Assembly: GCA_030704615.1 (NCBI GenBank)
Contig: CM060731.1
Location: 21,700,001-21,764,000, forward strand
Source: Takakia lepidozioides
Lineage: Eukaryota > Plantae > Bryophyta
DNA: 64,000 nt
Direction: 5' to 3'
A program made the translations under genes and the position numbers. The notes beneath the pieces are model-generated. The model was not told the DNA's origin. It saw nothing but the letters and a program-made list of their open reading frames with translations, and made no database searches. Shown here piece after piece: positions 59,906 to 64,000 of the stretch. The stretch's first letter is position 1, and every line of letters starts with the position of its first letter.

Positions 59906-61893
59906 AAGCAAAACCGGAGACAGCGGGAGGAAAAAATAACCTCCAAGAAGGCCGTAAAGGCGTATCAAACGGGGAACTCCCCAGCAGCTAGAAGGGGGAA
60001 TAGCGGGAATGGGCTAATATGGGCTAATGGGCTTATATGGAATAATAATAGTAATAATAGAGATAGTTTTAAAGGCCCTCTGTTCAATTCCCTTTAACTA
60101 GACAAAATAGAAATAGAAGGATTCAGCAGTAATCTGGACCCACGAGCCGAAAGTGACTGAAATAGTAAAATGTGAGATAAAGAGCGACAGAAAGGAATGA
60201 GCCTGACCTGTCTGCGTTGGAAGACAAAACGAAAGGGCTACGTGGAGAGCGGCCACAAAATAGCAACCCCTGCACATGGGGTCCACGCCCACCCCTTGCG
60301 CGAATATTATGACGGGTCGCCATCGACACGTGTACCAATTCAAATTTCAAACAACAGCTGATGCTCCCCAATGTTTTGGGAATATGGGATTCGAGTTCGA
60401 ATCTGATCCGGTCCACTTTTGTAGTTTATGCTTGGCCGCATTAGTTTTAATCAAAAGACACCAAAAAAGGGCATCTAAGGAATGGATTTATTGGCTTGCT
60501 GGCAAGATTGATGTATCTTTGGTTCCTCGCCCTCGCCCTCTGCGAGAATCTCGGGATTTTTGAGGTATAGAACCAGTTGGGAACGAATCTCAATGCATGG
60601 GAATTCTTTTTGGGACGTGTTCCCAGGCCTGGTTTCAAATTTGAAACGGGCTAGCGGGAAGTAGCCCCCTTCTCAGTGATGGGCTTGAAGGACGAAATTC
60701 ATCGGTCCAGAGATCCGTTTATATGTACCTTCATCCAGACATAGAATAAAAGAAAGAAGAGTATGTTTATTCATCCTACCCTCAGAGACCAATCCAAAGT
60801 TCATTCATCTGCTTGCACCCTTCTTCTTGGTTGCGCGAGCCTTCTCTGTGGCGATCTCGTGCGCGTGTAAAGACGTTTCTTCCCATTTGGTAAATTCTCT
60901 TTCCAAATGCACTTGAGCAGGGAGCCCAGTGGTTGGGTGTTTGTGCCTTGCCTGTGCATAACCTAGGTGATCCTGGGTTCAATCCTTCAACATGTGCCTT
61001 CAGACTGTCCACGATGGCCTGTGTGTTGAGCAGTAGGCTCTGTAAACTGGACGTTACAGAAACTTTATCTTTTAACTTAACTATAGGTTTCTGTGAAAGA
61101 GGTTATTTTCTCCTCTCATTAACCCCTAATGGACGAGGCGACCTGTTTCGGGTCACGTCAGAAATCATCCACGATGGCAAATCGTTGGATGACCTCTGAT
61201 GAAAAAACTTTCTGAACGAAAGTTGTGCTCCTTGATGTCATGCACCTGCCTGTGTTCATGGCACCCTAAAATAATAAAATCCTTGCCGTCAGTAATTCTC
61301 TTAGTGTGCAGGGTACCCAAAATTGGCCGTCCAGCAGCTTTGACTTAGCACCGTGACAGGCTGAAGGGGTGACAACAAGGCAAAAATAAAAATTGAAACA
61401 AATGCAAATCTCTGCCTGAATTTTTGTTAGAATTCTGAATTTCTTTATGGAGGTAGTAGTTCATCATTCAAGGAACACTTTCACCGCAGCAATTGTGATT
61501 CCAAGGAAATTTCGAAGACTCAGCTACGTTTTTCGAGTTTCTTTTCTCAAACTTCTCCCTGCTCCAGACTTGGGTACTACTTTTGCCACCGGACAGCTGT
61601 TCTACTTGTTATCATCCTCCTTGGCTGCTTACCAGCCTTGCTCTTTAGGCTCTCCTGTTTTATCTCTCCTCATGCACTGGCTGCACTCATATCCGCTTGC
61701 TTTGCTCTTAGCTAGTATGCTTGGTCACGAGGAAGTTCCCCCTCAATGAGCCTCTACGGCCTCCATGGTGGTTATTTTTTCCACCTTGATGTGAACCTTT
61801 ATTTCATTTAATTTGATTAAAAGGCCCATGTCCCCCTTTTCTAAACATAAATCAATAAATAAAATATTGATAATCGTTGTGCATAACTATTCA

Positions 61894-62497
61894 CTAGGAT
61901 AGCCTGTGCCGCCCAAGTGTCCAGTGTCATCTAAGTCCAAGTGCAATCCCCTATGTATTCATAGAATTTTTCATACGCAACTTTTTATAATGTCGAGCCC
62001 CATCTCAATCTCCCATGTAGAGGCCCAAGTGCGACCTCTAGGATACCTTCCAGAAAAAATCAATTTTATTTTTTTCATGAAGTTTGGGAGATCTCCACAT
62101 CGTTGTTCCAACAAAGCCCACTTTTCTATTTTTGCAATCTCCCCTGTGAGGCTCCATATATTGATATATCCACTTTGCTATTTTTTGCGAATTTTCAGCG
62201 ACCAAAAGTACTTGAAATTCCAAATCTCCCACATGAAGGCCCAATCATTGCTCCAAGAAAGCCCACTTTGATATTTTTCCTGAATTTCCAGAGACCAAAA
62301 GTACTTGAAATTCCATATCTCCCACACCGCCGGTCCAAAAATCATGAGACCAAGCCGGTGCACCCCTCCTCATCGAGGGCTTTCCAACGGCACTGCACCC
62401 GCGCTGGGCCCGCGGTTTGGGAGATCTCAACGACGCTACAAAACAAACAAACAAACAAACAAACAAACAAACGTCTGGCTTCACATATTGATTAGTA
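61894..62497 (+). mobile_element. Possible non-autonomous Helitron/Helentron-like (Lep1/DINE-1-style) element
   Basis: Starts ACTAG; internal ~45-bp repeat (62190 and 62283); (AAAC)8 microsatellite at 62441-62472; ends ATTGATTAGTAT. Call rests on architecture only. Confidence 0.35.
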
Positions 62498-64000
62498 TCA
62501 CCATGAAGAACTTTTAGTTAGTGCAAAGTAAGAGGGCGAAAAAAAAACCCATTATTGAGATCTAGAAGGACCTGAAATTTTGTGAAATTACAAATACCCG
62601 GAACTATCTGTTATAAAATATTTTCAAATTATATAATAAAAAGAATTGGCACTACCTTCTTACCGCATGGTGCATTTAATCCTTTAATTTACATGTGAAA
62701 TAATATCAAACTTCGTTCTTTTGAGGAAGAAACTCACAACCCAATGTGTTCATTTTTGTATCATCCTCCAGCCATGCTCACACCGAGGGCACCTCCCATG
62801 CTCATTCATGCATGAGAGCCAAATCAATGGAGCAGTAATAAACAATAACTCAATTTTAACTAATTCCGGATTTTCTGCTTAAATTCTGACCAAACTTAAT
62901 ATATTTACATAATTAAGATTAATTCAAATATAATTAAATTTATGGTTGAATGAATCATGAACTTTGTCAAATTCCAGATAAAGTCATATTTTGTATCACA
63001 AAATGTTGACATATAGAAGAGGTCCACATTGTACTGCTTGTGGGGTTGCACTACTCAATAACTCATTGAACATCCGCTTCAAAGTCGAATGATGTCATAT
63101 TACATTACACAATCACGATAAACAAATGACTGGCATCCAACATCTAACAGGCTCCCACTCTATCATACTCAAAACAGCTAGCTAAATTTAACTTATTTAT
63201 GTCAAGCACATTCACACAATGCCATTGGAATGATGTTTTGAGTGTATATGGTTGACGATTCAAAGCATAAGTATCAATGGACAAACAAAAGAAGAATATG
63301 AAGAGTCATTACATTCAAGACTTAGAAAAAGTTAGAGTGAATCCCCACAACTTAACCCTTAAGTGCCCAGTCTCATTTTCACCCTCTCATGGAAAAACAT
63401 GACCGTGGCCCACAAAAACATTTTTATCTGAAGAATCTTTGTGTCCCTGTAAAACTGACCGTTGGAATTACTTTCCACCCACCCCACCTCCTGCCACAAA
63501 AAGTTTCAAATTCCAACCGCCAGATCGGAAGATATTAAAGTGTAGAGTGGAGACCGAAAAAAATTCTTCGCTAAGAAATAGGTGCCAAAAAAAACAGTTT
63601 TTTGCTCGTATTTGGGCAGTTTTAGTTTCTCTTTTTTTTAGAGTCTCAAGAATGTTGTACCATACCTGATAACACACATCCTCAGAAATTTTCGGTCTTT
63701 TCCTGAAATTTTCTCAAGTGGGCTCCTTTGTAGTGACAAATTGGGGGGGTCAAAATATGCCATTTTCTTTGGGCAGGCCAAAATCTCTCTTCCTATAATT
63801 ATACAACCAAATTCAGCCGTTCAATTCCTAATCCCCCCGATTGAAGTGTCATGAGCATCCATATGAGGTCCCCAAAAAACTTTGGATCCAATCAGTCAAC
63901 GTCATCGAACCTTTAGGTTCCCTGCCCAAGACTTCAAATGGCACACCTAGGTTATAGCCTGCAGGCCTAGGATATTTGGAGCCATAGCCCATAAGGCCAC

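Overview
Repeat-rich land-plant nuclear DNA, probably a bryophyte (moss-type formate dehydrogenase, Tcn1-like chromovirus). Host genes: a PGG-domain membrane protein, a 5-exon plastid DUF2358/NTF2-like protein, a rearranged formate dehydrogenase (FDH) cluster (one intact 8-exon gene, one pseudogene, two orphan 3' fragments), an acylphosphatase and a RAM1-like GRAS factor. Transposons: an L1-clade LINE interrupted by a DD35D pogo/Fot1-like element, two Ty1/copia remnants, and a decayed Tcn1-like chromovirus. The standout is a young 12.0-kb Ty3/gypsy-type element (32721-44722, minus strand, 4-bp TSD ACAT) nested in the chromovirus integrase. Its reconstructable polyprotein reads gag-CCHC-protease-DNMT3-like C5 cytosine methyltransferase-RT-RNase H-DDE integrase-PHD finger. 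It has no ordinary LTR pair; instead it has split direct repeats (sense order B-ORFs-A-B-A) with a palindromic CA-GC-TG junction and no evident PBS or PPT. Its leader carries a cleanly inverted, captured VTE3 gene fragment. All calls come from manual reading and motif recognition; no database search was run.
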